Assembly (NCBI GenBank): GCA_902465495.1
Contig: CABQND010000002.1
Coordinates: forward strand, 11,226-75,225
Direction: 5' to 3'
From: an uncultured Eubacteriales bacterium
Lineage (GTDB): Bacteria; Bacillota; Clostridia; Christensenellales; Borkfalkiaceae
DNA: 64,000 bases
Part shown: positions 19,556 to 29,947 of the stretch, one piece after another
Position numbering within the stretch: position 1 is the first letter of the stretch
Layout: every line of letters begins with the position of its first letter
The notes under the pieces: model-generated
The model's database searches: none
Told to the model about the DNA's origin: nothing
Seen by the model: the letters and a program-made list of their open reading frames with translations, nothing else
Made by a program: the position numbers and the translations under genes

Positions 19556-19785
19556 AAGGCGATCACGGAGGACAAGTCCGTTGCGCAGACCGTTCCAAAG
19601 AGAGCCGCGGCAGGTGAAAGGCGGCGGGCGGGGCGCAAGAGGGTATCCCCTCCGAGCCCGCAGAGCGAAATTCGCAGGGAGAGTAGTTTTGCGCGCGGTA
19701 TTTCTTCCGCGTTATCAAAAAGGGCGTATGTCGGTATGTTTGAGTGGTCTCTTTGTTTTTCTTGAAACGAGGGACCTTTATTTTT
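19556..19785 (+). promoter_or_regulatory. T-box leader (Ile specifier AUC) with an atypical 3' part
   Basis: GCGATCA start, AGAGAG, GGTGAAA, specifier ATC at 19645, AGTAG, CGTTA. No canonical TGGNACC bulge found. Confidence 0.75.
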
Positions 19786-19812
19786 CGGAAAAGTCCGCAA
19801 GGAGAGTTTTTT

Positions 19813-22800
19813 ATGGATCAGGAGAAAAAATTGTATTCCAAAGTGGACACTTCCATGGATTTCGCGTCGCGCGAGCAGGAAGTGATCAAATTTTGGAACA
19901 AAGAAGATGTCTTTGAAAAGAGCGTGGAAAAGAACGAGGGCAAGGAAGAATTTTCCTTTTACGACGGTCCGCCCACGGCGAACGGCAAGCCGCACATCGG
20001 GCATATTCTGACCCGTGTCATGAAAGATATCATCCCGCGTTATCAGACGATGAAGGGCAAGCACGTTTTGCGCAAGGCGGGCTGGGACACGCACGGGCTT
20101 CCCGTGGAGCTGGAAGTGGAAAAACTTCTCGGCATGGACGGCAAGCAGGATATTGAAAAATACGGCATCGAGCCGTTCATCAAAAAGTGCAAGGAAAGCG
20201 TTTGGAAGTACAAGGGCGAATGGGAAAAGATGTCCGAGCGTGTCGGTTACTGGGCGGACATGGAAAATCCGTATGTCACCTATGACGACAACTACATCGA
20301 ATCGGTGTGGTGGGCGCTGAAAGAGATCTGGAAGAAAGGTCTCTTGTACAAGGGGCACAAGATCGTGCCGTACTGCCCGCGCTGCGGAACGGCGCTCTCT
20401 TCGCACGAAGTTGCGCAAGGATACAAGGACGTCAAGGAAACGTCCGTATTTGTCCGTTTCAAGAGAAAGGGCTTGGAAAATTCCTATTTCCTTGCGTGGA
20501 CGACGACGCCTTGGACACTTCCGTCCAACGTTGCGCTCTGCGTGAATCCGGATGAGGATTACGAAGAGATCGAAGCGGAAGACGGTGCGCATTATGTTCT
20601 TGCGCAGGCGCTTGTCCCCACACTGTTTGAAAATTACAAGACTGTATCCGTCAAAAAGGGTAAAGAATACGAATTCTGTGAGTACGAACCGTTGTTCCCG
20701 TACGCACAGGGGAGCTTCCGCGAAAAGGCATATTATGTCGTGTGTGACGGATACGTTACGCTGACGGATGGTACCGGCATCGTCCATATTGCTCCCGCAT
20801 TCGGTGAGGACGACTACCGTGTAGGCAGAAAATACGAGCTTCCCGTTGTCAATCTGGTGGATGAGCGCGGTTGTTTCAAACCCGCTGTCACGGAATTTGC
20901 GGGCGAGTTCGTCAAAAAGGCAGATAAGGGCATCATCGCGATGCTCAAAGACAAGGGACTGCTGTTTAAAGAGCTGGCTTACGAGCATAGCTATCCGCAC
21001 TGCTGGAGATGCGATACTCCGCTTTTGTATTATGCGCGTGAAAGCTGGTTCATCAAGGTGACGGCGGTCAAGGACGAACTCATTAAAGCGAATAATTCCG
21101 TCAACTGGATGCCCGAGACCATCAAATCGGGACGTATGGGAAACTTTTTGGAAAACGTCATCGACTGGGGGCTGTCGCGCGATCGTTATTGGGGCACACC
21201 GTTGCCCGTCTGGGTATGCGAAAAATGCGGTAAAGTGCACGTCATCGGCTCGAAGGCGGAACTCAAAGAGAAGTGCGGCATTCACGGTGACATCGAATTG
21301 CACCGTCCTTATATCGACAACTGCACATTTGAATGCGAATGCGGCGGAACGATGAAGCGTACGCCCGAAGTTATCGACTGCTGGTTCGATTCGGGGTCGA
21401 TGCCCTTCGCGCAGTACCATTATCCGTTTGAGAACAAAGATTTGTTTGACGAAACTTTCCCCGCCGACTTTATTTCCGAAGCGGTGGACCAGACGCGCGG
21501 TTGGTTCTATACTCTTCTCGTGATCTCGACTCTTCTGTTCGGGCGCTCACCCTTTAAAAACTGCATCGTTTTGGGGCACGTGAACGACAAAAACGGCGTC
21601 AAGATGAGCAAGCACAAGGGCAACGTCGTGGATCCTTGGAGCGTTTTGGACAAGCAGGGCGCCGACGCGGTCCGCTGGTATTTCTATACGTCCAGTGCGC
21701 CGTGGATCCCGTCCCGTTTCTATCCCGAAGCGGTTTCGGAGGCGCAGCGCCGTTACATGGGGCCGCTGTGGAACAGCTATGCGTTCTTTGTGCTGTACGC
21801 GGACATCGACGGGTATGATCCCGGCCGCTATGACATCAAAAAGTGCAAGCTCAGCCTGATGGATAAATTTATTTTGTCAAAGCTCAATACTCTCATTAAG
21901 ACGGTAGACGCGGGACTTGACGATTATGATATCACGGACAGTGCGCGTGCATTGCAAGATTTTGTAGATGTGCTGTCCAACTGGTATGTGCGTCGCGGCA
22001 GAGAGCGTTATTGGGGTAAGGAAATGACGGAGGACAAGGCGGCGGCATATACGACGCTGTACACCGTGCTGGTAACGCTTGCAAAGCTGACTGCGCCGTT
22101 TACGCCCTTCCTCGCGGAACAGATGTACCGCAATCTCGTGCCGAACTTCTTTAAAGACGCGCCTCTATCGGTGCATATGTGTTCTTTCCCCGTATGCGAC
22201 GAGGCGGCGATCGATCCCGATCTTGAAAAGGGTATGGACGCGGTGCTGGAAGTGGTTGTGTTGGGCCGTGCGGCGCGCAATGCGGGAGCACTGAAAAACC
22301 GTCAGCCGTTGTCTGAGATGATCGTTGCGACCGAGCGCGATCTCGATCTGAACGACGAGCTGAAAGGCATCATTCTGGACGAATTGAACGTTAAGACAAT
22401 GAAGGAAGCGAAGGATTCGGCTTCGCTCATCACATACAAACTCAAACCGCAGATGCGCACGCTGGGGCCGAAGTACGGCAAGCTCTTGAACGGTATCCGC
22501 GCGTTCCTTGAAAATTGTGACGGTGCGGAAGTGGTTGCCGCAGTAAAGGGCGGCGGAACTTACAGCACTGAAATTGCGGGCGCGCAAGTGGAATTGACCG
22601 AAGAGGATCTGCTTGTTTCCACAGAGAGCGCAAAAGGATATGTGTCGGCGTCCGACCGCGGCATCACTGTCGCTTTGAATACCGCGCTCACGCCTGAACT
22701 CATTGAAGAGGGGATCATGCGCGAGTTGGTTTCCAAGATCCAGACCATGCGTAAAGAGGCGGGATTTGAAGTCATCGATCGCATTCGCGTTTATTATGTG

Positions 22801-22956
22801 GCAGGGGATAAAATTGCCGCAGTGTTACAAAAACACGGCAACGTTATCGCCAAAACGGTACTTGCGGACAATATCTCGCAGGGTACGGCGGAAGGGTATT
22901 CCAAAGATTGGGATTTCGACTGCGAGAGCGTCGCTCTGACGGTCCTCAAGGCGTAA
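19813..22956 (+). CDS. ileS: Isoleucine--tRNA ligase, type 2
   Basis: FYDGPPTANGKPHIGH, GWDTHGLPVE, DWGLSRDRYWG, KMSKH, C-terminal IQTMRKEAGFEV. Confidence 0.97.
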   Translation: MDQEKKLYSKVDTSMDFASREQEVIKFWNKEDVFEKSVEKNEGKEEFSFYDGPPTANGKPHIGHILTRVMKDIIPRYQTMKGKHVLRKAGWDTHGLPVELEVEKLLGMDGKQDIEKYGIEPFIKKCKESVWKYKGEWEKMSERVGYWADMENPYVTYDDNYIESVWWALKEIWKKGLLYKGHKIVPYCPRCGTALSSHEVAQGYKDVKETSVFVRFKRKGLENSYFLAWTTTPWTLPSNVALCVNPDEDYEEIEAEDGAHYVLAQALVPTLFENYKTVSVKKGKEYEFCEYEPLFPYAQGSFREKAYYVVCDGYVTLTDGTGIVHIAPAFGEDDYRVGRKYELPVVNLVDERGCFKPAVTEFAGEFVKKADKGIIAMLKDKGLLFKELAYEHSYPHCWRCDTPLLYYARESWFIKVTAVKDELIKANNSVNWMPETIKSGRMGNFLENVIDWGLSRDRYWGTPLPVWVCEKCGKVHVIGSKAELKEKCGIHGDIELHRPYIDNCTFECECGGTMKRTPEVIDCWFDSGSMPFAQYHYPFENKDLFDETFPADFISEAVDQTRGWFYTLLVISTLLFGRSPFKNCIVLGHVNDKNGVKMSKHKGNVVDPWSVLDKQGADAVRWYFYTSSAPWIPSRFYPEAVSEAQRRYMGPLWNSYAFFVLYADIDGYDPGRYDIKKCKLSLMDKFILSKLNTLIKTVDAGLDDYDITDSARALQDFVDVLSNWYVRRGRERYWGKEMTEDKAAAYTTLYTVLVTLAKLTAPFTPFLAEQMYRNLVPNFFKDAPLSVHMCSFPVCDEAAIDPDLEKGMDAVLEVVVLGRAARNAGALKNRQPLSEMIVATERDLDLNDELKGIILDELNVKTMKEAKDSASLITYKLKPQMRTLGPKYGKLLNGIRAFLENCDGAEVVAAVKGGGTYSTEIAGAQVELTEEDLLVSTESAKGYVSASDRGITVALNTALTPELIEEGIMRELVSKIQTMRKEAGFEVIDRIRVYYVAGDKIAAVLQKHGNVIAKTVLADNISQGTAEGYSKDWDFDCESVALTVLKA

Positions 22957-22996
22957 AAGATTCAGGCGGGGCAATGCGCCCCGCCGCGGAGTTTTC

Positions 22997-23854
22997 ATGA
23001 AAATTGCTACCGATTGGCAAGATTACAAGATCCTCGCTACGGGCGACGGATATAAACTGGAACGCTGGAAGGACGTCGTGCTTCTGCGTCCTGATCCGCA
23101 GGTGATCTGGAAAGCACGGGAAGATCTGTTTGCTCGCAAAGACGTGGATGCGGTGTACCGCCGCAGCGATAAGGGAGGCGGAGCCTGGGAGTTTCGCCGC
23201 CCCATTCCCGATGAGTGGACGGTTTCCTACCGTGATCTTTCCTTTAAGATCAAGCCGATGGGGTTCAAGCACACCGGGCTGTTTCCCGAACAGGCGGTCA
23301 ATTGGGACCGCATGGCGGAGCTGATTCGCGGTGCGCGTCGTCCCGTGAAGGTACTCAACCTGTTCGCTTATACGGGCGGTGCGACGGTCGCGTGCGCCAA
23401 GGCAGGCGCGGAGGTCGTGCATGTAGACGCCGCGAAAGGCATGGTCGAGCGTGCGGGTGAGAATGCGCGGCTTTCAGGGATACACAGCGGGATCCGCTAT
23501 ATTGTGGACGACTGCAAAAAATTTGTGCAGCGAGAGATACGCCGCGGCAACCGTTATGACGGGATCATAATGGATCCGCCGTCGTACGGCAGGGGGCCGG
23601 GCGGCGAGATGTGGAAGATCGAGGAAAGCCTGTATCCGTTCGTGCAGCTGTGTTCGCAGGTGCTTTCGGATGATCCGCTGTTTTTTCTGATCAATAGTTA
23701 CACTACGGGATTGCAGCCGATGGTCCTGCATAATATTTTAAAACTGTGTCTTGCGGGGCGCAAGGGGCAGATCGATGCTTACGAGGTCGGGATTGCCACC
23801 GAAGAGGGAATACCTCTTCCCTGCGGCGCGGGAGGAATGTACGTTTATGAATGA
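22997..23854 (+). CDS. Class I SAM-dependent methyltransferase (RlmI/RlmK-like)
   Basis: KHTGLFPEQ, VLNLFAYTGGAT, DPPSYG. Confidence 0.88.
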   Translation: MKIATDWQDYKILATGDGYKLERWKDVVLLRPDPQVIWKAREDLFARKDVDAVYRRSDKGGGAWEFRRPIPDEWTVSYRDLSFKIKPMGFKHTGLFPEQAVNWDRMAELIRGARRPVKVLNLFAYTGGATVACAKAGAEVVHVDAAKGMVERAGENARLSGIHSGIRYIVDDCKKFVQREIRRGNRYDGIIMDPPSYGRGPGGEMWKIEESLYPFVQLCSQVLSDDPLFFLINSYTTGLQPMVLHNILKLCLAGRKGQIDAYEVGIATEEGIPLPCGAGGMYVYE

Positions 23855-24542
23855 TCTGACGATCTTATATGAAGATAACCATATTATTGTGGTCATGAAA
23901 CCGCAGGGAGTTCCTACTTGCGGCGATGAAAGCGGGGACGACAGTTTGCTGGAAGCGGTGCGGCGTTATGTAAAGGTGACGTATGAGAAGCCTGGCAACG
24001 TGTACATTGGCTTGATTCACCGCCTTGATCGGCCGACGGGCGGGGTAATGGTATTTGCAAAGACGAGCAAAGCGGCGTCGCGGCTGGCGGAGCAAATGCG
24101 CAGCGGAGACTTCGAGAAAAAATATTTTGCGGTTCTTGTCGGTGCGCCGAAAGAGAAACGTGCAACGCTGGTCAATTACCTGAAAAAGAATTCCATTAAC
24201 AATATGGTATATATATGCCCGCAGACGACGGACGGCGCGAAAATGGCGTCACTGGAATATAACATACTGGAAGAAAAGGGCGGCTACTCTTTGGCGGATA
24301 TTAAATTGCATACGGGGCGGACGCATCAGATCCGTGTGCAGATGTCCGGACAGGGTACGCCTGTATACGGTGATATGCGTTATGGCGGAGAAAGTGCGAA
24401 GAAGGGCAACCTTGCATTGTGGGCATATTCGCTCTCGTTCACGCATCCGGTGACGAAGGAGCGGTTGCGTTTTATGGCAGAGCCGCCTGAAAATCAGGTT
24501 CCTTGGAAGATTTTTGATCTTTCGAAACCCTTTGATTTGTGA
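23847..24542 (+). CDS. RluA-family pseudouridine synthase
   Basis: ILYEDNHIIVVMKP, HRLDRPTGG, TGRTHQIRV, GDMRYG. Confidence 0.93.
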   Translation: MNDLTILYEDNHIIVVMKPQGVPTCGDESGDDSLLEAVRRYVKVTYEKPGNVYIGLIHRLDRPTGGVMVFAKTSKAASRLAEQMRSGDFEKKYFAVLVGAPKEKRATLVNYLKKNSINNMVYICPQTTDGAKMASLEYNILEEKGGYSLADIKLHTGRTHQIRVQMSGQGTPVYGDMRYGGESAKKGNLALWAYSLSFTHPVTKERLRFMAEPPENQVPWKIFDLSKPFDL

Positions 24543-24611
24543 TTGAATTGTAAAAATCTTTTGATTGGCGGTGTAAAATACGAAATTTTTATCGAAAGAG
24601 AAAAAATGCGT

Positions 24612-24640
24612 TTGACAAAATACTCTTTATAGGATAAAAT
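24612..24640 (+). promoter_or_regulatory. SigA promoter
   Basis: TTGACA-17bp-TAAAAT. Confidence 0.7.
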
Positions 24641-24719
24641 AATCAAGTACAAGCATTTTACGGGACGGGGAGCATCAGCGCTCCGTTCCGCTCGCTGAAT
24701 ATACGATGGGAGCAAAGGA

Positions 24720-26963
24720 ATGAGCAGAAAAAAGATCGGAATCTTAACATTAATCGTCGCGTTTGCCCTGAGCATGACGCTTATGTGCTGGGGCTTTTTG
24801 CGTACGGACGCAGAGAGCAGTGTTTCGACGTCGGGAATTTTTACTACGAGCGGCGGTGCGAGCACGGCAAACGACGAATATGTCGAGGGTGAAACGCGTT
24901 ATCTGACCTATCAGATGGGCGATTATTCGGATGGGAAAGGTGATTATGTTTCGCTGCGTAAAAACGTTGCGCTGAAATGGTATCAGTTCACCGATGCGGA
25001 AGAAAATCCTGCGATCGGCGGCGCTTTCGAAGAGAAATATTTCAGCCTGACCATCGGTTTTGCAAACACCGATTTTGACAGCTTTACTGTTGCGATCGAA
25101 AGCACGCAGATGAGCCAGACGAAAGACGGCAAGACGACGAACAAGATCGTGTTCAGTAAAAATGCATCGGGGACACTGGAAGCGTCCGTGAACGGTGCTG
25201 CGGCTGTTGCAATTGCGGACAGCACGAACATTTCGATCACGCTGGAAGAAGCAGCCGGTGCTGTCGGGACAGGCAATTTTGATGTGAAGATTGACGGGAA
25301 TAAAGCGGGTGAATTTACCAATATCGGTAAATATTATGCGCAGTATGCATCCGCTTCGTCGGATACACCGATTACCCCGATCAGCTTCCGTGCGGAAGTA
25401 TCGGATGAAGCTTCTGCAAAATTTTCGATCATTGAGCTCAACGGCCAGAGCTTTGAACTGGATGAGAACAATGCCGTTCTTGACAATGTTGCGCCCGCGC
25501 TTGTTGTCAACAGCGAGATCAAACAGTTCGTGATGGGCGAAGAGCTGGATTTTGATTATGTAGCGATCGACGTTTGTTCGTCGACAGCGACTACGAATCG
25601 TTATTATTATGTAGATAATTCGGATCCGGATAAAGAGGAACCTTCTTTCAGCGAAGAAGGCGAGATCACGGGTTATGAAACGCTGGAAAGTGACAAACGT
25701 TTCTTTGAAGATGATTTTGACAACAACTCCCAAGGCGGTACGATCAGCATTGCATTCAAGTTGACGGATGGAAACGCAAACTCGGCGTATTATTTCATTG
25801 AGTGGTATGCATCCGTGTTGGATGATGTAACCGATCATCTCAAAGTGGTCAATCCTGAAAGCGTGGAGTCCACACCGGTGACGAGTTTCTTTGAGGTCGC
25901 GGAAGATCCTGATAACGGATACTCTGTGACGCAGAGCGAAGATGCAAAAGCCGATGTTGCTGCATACCAGGAAGAGGTTCGCAAAGCATCCCGCCGCACG
26001 GATGAAACGGGTGCGGAAGTCGGAAGCATTCAGGTTGGAACGGGCGCATATTTCTACATTCCTTCGTTGAAGGCTTATGTGACGGATGCGACTTGCGGCT
26101 ACAATGATATGGACTTCACCGTTTATTATAAGACGAAGAGTTCTGATACGCAGACAACGACGGGCAGTTATGACGATTTGAGTATCGAATTGACGACGGC
26201 AGGGGAATATCTTTTCCGTATCGTACCTACCAATGCGGCGGGCAAAGCGCAGACAGGTATTTTTGAAACAGGTGAAGACACAGGAAAATACAAGGCAGGC
26301 GAAATTGATTCGACCAATGTTTGGGATGCGGTAAACCTTGTAACATTCTCGTTTAAGGTTTCGTATGAAGGGCCTTCGATCGAAGATCCTGAAGACGATG
26401 AAATCGGTTATGTCGATGTCGTTTATACGGTTGAGGACTTTGAGATCATTGCTCTTTCCGGAGATAAGACAGAATATGCACTGTATCGTTTTGAGTTCAA
26501 TGCAGGAGCTACGGCAGGTTCGGTGAATGAGATCCTCGCTGCGGAAAAGGAAGACGGAACAAATTCGCTCGGCACTTGGGTCAAGGTCAACGAAAAAGAC
26601 GAAACGTTGGACGATGACGATGAAAACAACGACAATGCATATGAATGGAATCCCAGCAGCTCTTTGAGCTTTGTTCCGCAGGAGATGGGTTTCTATAAGG
26701 TAGAAGTGAAAGTTGCTTCTGCAAATATGCCGGTCGTCACTTCTTCGAAAGTCATCAACGTCACTTCGGAAGCAGATGTCATTTCGGGCGGAACATATTG
26801 GTTGCAGGACAACATTTTGTCGGTGGTATTCCTTGGAATCGGCGTGCTGTGCCTGATCGGTATTGTTATTCTGTTGGTTGTAAAACCCAAAGATAAAGCT
26901 GTTTTGGAAGCTGAAAAAGCGCGCAAGGAAGAGCTGAAACAGAAACGCGAAGATCGCAAATAA
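24720..26963 (+). CDS. Large acidic surface protein of unknown function
   Basis: N-terminal signal/TM segment, acidic beta-rich body, C-terminal TM helix and charged tail. Confidence 0.8.
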   Translation: MSRKKIGILTLIVAFALSMTLMCWGFLRTDAESSVSTSGIFTTSGGASTANDEYVEGETRYLTYQMGDYSDGKGDYVSLRKNVALKWYQFTDAEENPAIGGAFEEKYFSLTIGFANTDFDSFTVAIESTQMSQTKDGKTTNKIVFSKNASGTLEASVNGAAAVAIADSTNISITLEEAAGAVGTGNFDVKIDGNKAGEFTNIGKYYAQYASASSDTPITPISFRAEVSDEASAKFSIIELNGQSFELDENNAVLDNVAPALVVNSEIKQFVMGEELDFDYVAIDVCSSTATTNRYYYVDNSDPDKEEPSFSEEGEITGYETLESDKRFFEDDFDNNSQGGTISIAFKLTDGNANSAYYFIEWYASVLDDVTDHLKVVNPESVESTPVTSFFEVAEDPDNGYSVTQSEDAKADVAAYQEEVRKASRRTDETGAEVGSIQVGTGAYFYIPSLKAYVTDATCGYNDMDFTVYYKTKSSDTQTTTGSYDDLSIELTTAGEYLFRIVPTNAAGKAQTGIFETGEDTGKYKAGEIDSTNVWDAVNLVTFSFKVSYEGPSIEDPEDDEIGYVDVVYTVEDFEIIALSGDKTEYALYRFEFNAGATAGSVNEILAAEKEDGTNSLGTWVKVNEKDETLDDDDENNDNAYEWNPSSSLSFVPQEMGFYKVEVKVASANMPVVTSSKVINVTSEADVISGGTYWLQDNILSVVFLGIGVLCLIGIVILLVVKPKDKAVLEAEKARKEELKQKREDRK

Positions 26964-26998
26964 GCTGATTTTCAATTGAAAAATTTATTGTATAAAGT

Positions 26999-27036
26999 AA
27001 TGCGCCCCGAAAGGTTAGCTTTCGGGGCGCATTTTT
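26999..27036. terminator. Intrinsic terminator
   Basis: aatgcgccccgaaag-gttag-ctttcggggcgcattttt. Confidence 0.88.
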
Positions 27037-27076
27037 GCGTATAAATCAGTATGTCTTTTTATTGTAGTAAAAGCGA

Positions 27077-28177
27077 TCAAAGTTTTTTTGTAGAGCCTCT
27101 TTCCCAAATTACGGAACGGAGCCTGCTTGTTGAGTCGCAATTGTTTATGGTGTCGGGTTGTGAAATTTGCCGAAGAATCAGGTTCATTGCAAGCCTTGTC
27201 ATTTCTCCGAAATCTTGTGACACCGTCGTGATATCATTTTCTACGGCAAGGGCTATATTATCAAAGCCTGTTACACATAAATCTTGCGGTATTTTAAATC
27301 CTGATTCTCGTGCGCTGCGCGCAATATGACAAGCGGTAGCGTCGTTTACGCACACGATCGCGGTCGGTCGCAAGGGCAGGGAAGCAATATAATTTATGGC
27401 GTATTGCGCGCAATGTCCGTAACGCCCGACGTTTTCAGTTGTTGTGTTTTTAATATTCTCGGGCATTGGAAGGAAGTATTTCGGGTCAAGTATGGCACCG
27501 CCTTCGATGATAGCGCGGCAATAACCGCTGAATCGTTCTTCTTCGGTCGGCAAGAAGTTTTCTTTAAAAGGGAAATACGCTATGCGGGTATGTCCCAGCG
27601 CGATCAAATGTTTGGTTATATTATACATTCCTCCGTAATTGTCGGAACTGACGCAAGGGGCTTTGATGCCATAAGAAGGATAGTCCAGAAAGCAAAGCGG
27701 AATGTTGTTGAGCACAAATTGATAAAGTATATCAAGATTCGATGATCTGGTGATCGGCCATAAAATTAAGCCCGAAAGGTTTTGCCCGATAAGCTCTTTT
27801 AGGATTTCACGCTCTTTTTTCTTGGAATGCGCGGAATCAAAAGTGATGACGGTATAGTTATGTTTCTGCGCAAAGGGAGAAACAGCACTCACGATTTTAT
27901 TTTTGAAATTGTCAAAGTCACTGAAAACAATGGCGATCGTGCGCGGTTTTTGCAGTTTGGTCAAGGGACAGGACAAAACGGTGCTGCCTTTTTTCTTTTT
28001 GCGTTCAATCAAATTCTGTGCGCGCAGCTCGTTCAACGCACGGCTTGCCGTGATTCGGCTGACATTATATTTTTCGCAAAGTTCCTGTTCGGTCGGCAAA
28101 AGATCGCCTGCTTTATATTGTCCTTCGGCAATCATTCGGTAAAGTTCTTCAAAAATGCGTTGATAAAGTGTATCCAA
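27077..28177 (-). CDS. GntR-HTH + LacI-type effector domain regulator (AraR-like)
   Basis: LPTEQELCEKYNVSRIT HTH; DNYGG, PTAIVCVND, IPQDLCVTGFD. Confidence 0.9.
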   Translation of the reverse strand: MDTLYQRIFEELYRMIAEGQYKAGDLLPTEQELCEKYNVSRITASRALNELRAQNLIERKKKKGSTVLSCPLTKLQKPRTIAIVFSDFDNFKNKIVSAVSPFAQKHNYTVITFDSAHSKKKEREILKELIGQNLSGLILWPITRSSNLDILYQFVLNNIPLCFLDYPSYGIKAPCVSSDNYGGMYNITKHLIALGHTRIAYFPFKENFLPTEEERFSGYCRAIIEGGAILDPKYFLPMPENIKNTTTENVGRYGHCAQYAINYIASLPLRPTAIVCVNDATACHIARSARESGFKIPQDLCVTGFDNIALAVENDITTVSQDFGEMTRLAMNLILRQISQPDTINNCDSTSRLRSVIWERGSTKKL

Positions 28178-28215
28178 GGATTTTTTTCCTCATGATTTAT
28201 GTTTTATTTTTCGTC

Positions 28216-28329
28216 TTGTATAGCATAATATGCTATAACATAATAGCAAAATTATTGAGAAAAAGCAATTATATGTTATATCATTTTTAAAAAAGAGCAT
28301 TGACATTTTTTTAAGAAAGGGAGTATACT
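28216..28329. promoter_or_regulatory. Divergent promoter region with palindromic operator candidates
   Basis: ATGCTATAACAT at 28230 and ATGTTATATCAT at 28273, plus a related half-site at 28216; TTGACA at 28300 and TATACT at 28324. Confidence 0.55.
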
Positions 28330-28358
28330 TTTGATAAATCATTGCGGGGAAAGAGGAT

Positions 28359-29384
28359 ATGAAAAAAATCACATTGGCAGGAAGCTGTATTGCCGATGTA
28401 ATCAAATACATAGATTTTTATCCGAACAAAGGAATGCTTTGTAAGATCGGAAAAGTTGTGCGCGGTGTGGGCGGGTGTGTCCCGAATACAGGTATTACAT
28501 TAAAAACGCTTGCGCCGGATAAGGTTGACGTTTCGGTGATCTCGCGCGTAGGAAAAGATGAGAATGGGGCATATATTCGCGAGGAATTAGCCAAGCGAGG
28601 CATTCAGACGGATCGGTTAATTGAGGATGCTACGCATCCGACTTCGTTTTCGGATGTTATGACTCTTCCGAATGGTGAAAGAACATTTTTCTGTGCGGAA
28701 GCGGCGAACGAAGCGTTATGTGAGAGAGATATTTGCGTTGAAAATTTGGATTGCGAAATTTTTCATATAGGATATCTTCTTATTTTAAAAACCTTGGATT
28801 CGCCGGACAAGGAATATGGCACGAAAATGGCAAGGTTGCTTGCGAAAGTACAGGCGCGGGGAATAAAGACGTCTATCGATGTCGTGAGCGCGGAGGGAAG
28901 CCGATTCAATGAAATTGTCATGCCTGCATTGCGTTATTGCGATTATGCGGTGATCAATGAGATTGAAGCGGGTAAGATCGCGGGAACAGAGCTTCGCGAA
29001 GGGAAAAAATTATTGATAGAAAATTTGTATTCGGTTTGTAAGAAGTTGAAGGAATGCGGTGTTCGCGATACGGTTGTAATTCATTGTCCGGAATTGGGAT
29101 GTGCGCTATCTGCAGACGGGAAGTTTACACTTGTTCCGTCCTTGCAATTGCCCGAAGATTATATTCGAGGGGCTGTTGGAGCGGGCGATGCTTTTTGTGC
29201 CGGAATGCTGTATTCGTTTTTGTTTGGGTTAGATATTCAAGAGGGACTACGGCTGGCTTCTTGTACCGCGGCGTGTAACTTGCATGCGCCGGATTCCGTA
29301 AGCGGCGCAAAAGATTATGAGCAGACTATGGCGTTGGAAAATTGTTTTTCCCGCCAAAATATAGCGATTAAAGGGGAGGATTGA
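28359..29384 (+). CDS. PfkB-family carbohydrate kinase
   Basis: GGCVPNTG, RVGKDENG, GERTF, INEIEA, VGAGDAFCAG. Confidence 0.92.
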   Translation: MKKITLAGSCIADVIKYIDFYPNKGMLCKIGKVVRGVGGCVPNTGITLKTLAPDKVDVSVISRVGKDENGAYIREELAKRGIQTDRLIEDATHPTSFSDVMTLPNGERTFFCAEAANEALCERDICVENLDCEIFHIGYLLILKTLDSPDKEYGTKMARLLAKVQARGIKTSIDVVSAEGSRFNEIVMPALRYCDYAVINEIEAGKIAGTELREGKKLLIENLYSVCKKLKECGVRDTVVIHCPELGCALSADGKFTLVPSLQLPEDYIRGAVGAGDAFCAGMLYSFLFGLDIQEGLRLASCTAACNLHAPDSVSGAKDYEQTMALENCFSRQNIAIKGED

Positions 29385-29387
29385 TCG

Positions 29388-29936
29388 ATGAAGAGAGAAG
29401 TTTATCAAAGACAGGCGGAAAAAACTGTCGCTGCATTGAATCAAGCAGGTATAGTACTTACCGAAGAGGAAAAAAATCGTATCGAAGTAGCAGATTTCGG
29501 GCTGGGCATAGTCGATAAAGTTGGTTTACAGCTTTTGACTTACGTAAATACGGAGCGGGTATGTGCAAAAGAAATGGTGCTGTTTTCGCATCAGGCTTGC
29601 CCGGAGCATAAGCATGGATGCGGTACAGAAAACGGCATTGCGTATGAGGGAAAGGAAGAGACTTTCCGTGTTCGCAAGGGTACTTGCTATTTATATGTTG
29701 CGGGGAAGGGGGATGCGAGCACCATTCACGGAGAGATTCCTCCTACAAAAGTGAGCGTATTTCACGAGATCGTTTTACATGCAGGTGAACAATATACCAT
29801 TTATCCGGACACGCTCCATTGGTTTCGGGCGGGTGAAGAGGGCGCTATTATCAGTGAATTTTCAACAAAAAGTCGAGATATCAGCGATGTATTTACGGAT
29901 GATCGGATCAAGCGTATTCCGGAAATCGAGGATTAA
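29388..29936 (+). CDS. D-lyxose/D-mannose family sugar isomerase (cupin)
   Basis: ADFGLG, CAKEMVL, CPEHKH, GKEETFR, HWFRAG, SEFSTKSRD..DVFTD. Confidence 0.88.
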   Translation: MKREVYQRQAEKTVAALNQAGIVLTEEEKNRIEVADFGLGIVDKVGLQLLTYVNTERVCAKEMVLFSHQACPEHKHGCGTENGIAYEGKEETFRVRKGTCYLYVAGKGDASTIHGEIPPTKVSVFHEIVLHAGEQYTIYPDTLHWFRAGEEGAIISEFSTKSRDISDVFTDDRIKRIPEIED

Positions 29937-29947
29937 AAGGAGAAGAT

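Noticed and set aside
19492..21420. 642-aa minus-strand ORF
   Set aside because: Antisense shadow of ileS and its T-box.
24750..26975. 741-aa minus-strand ORF
   Set aside because: Mirror of the plus-strand surface protein, which has the promoter, RBS, signal peptide and terminator.
28178..28193. Upstream ATG out of frame at an A7 tract before the GntR gene, as possible phase variation
   Set aside because: The in-frame TTG at 28177 has a usable GAGG RBS and the ATG has none, so no frameshift is needed.
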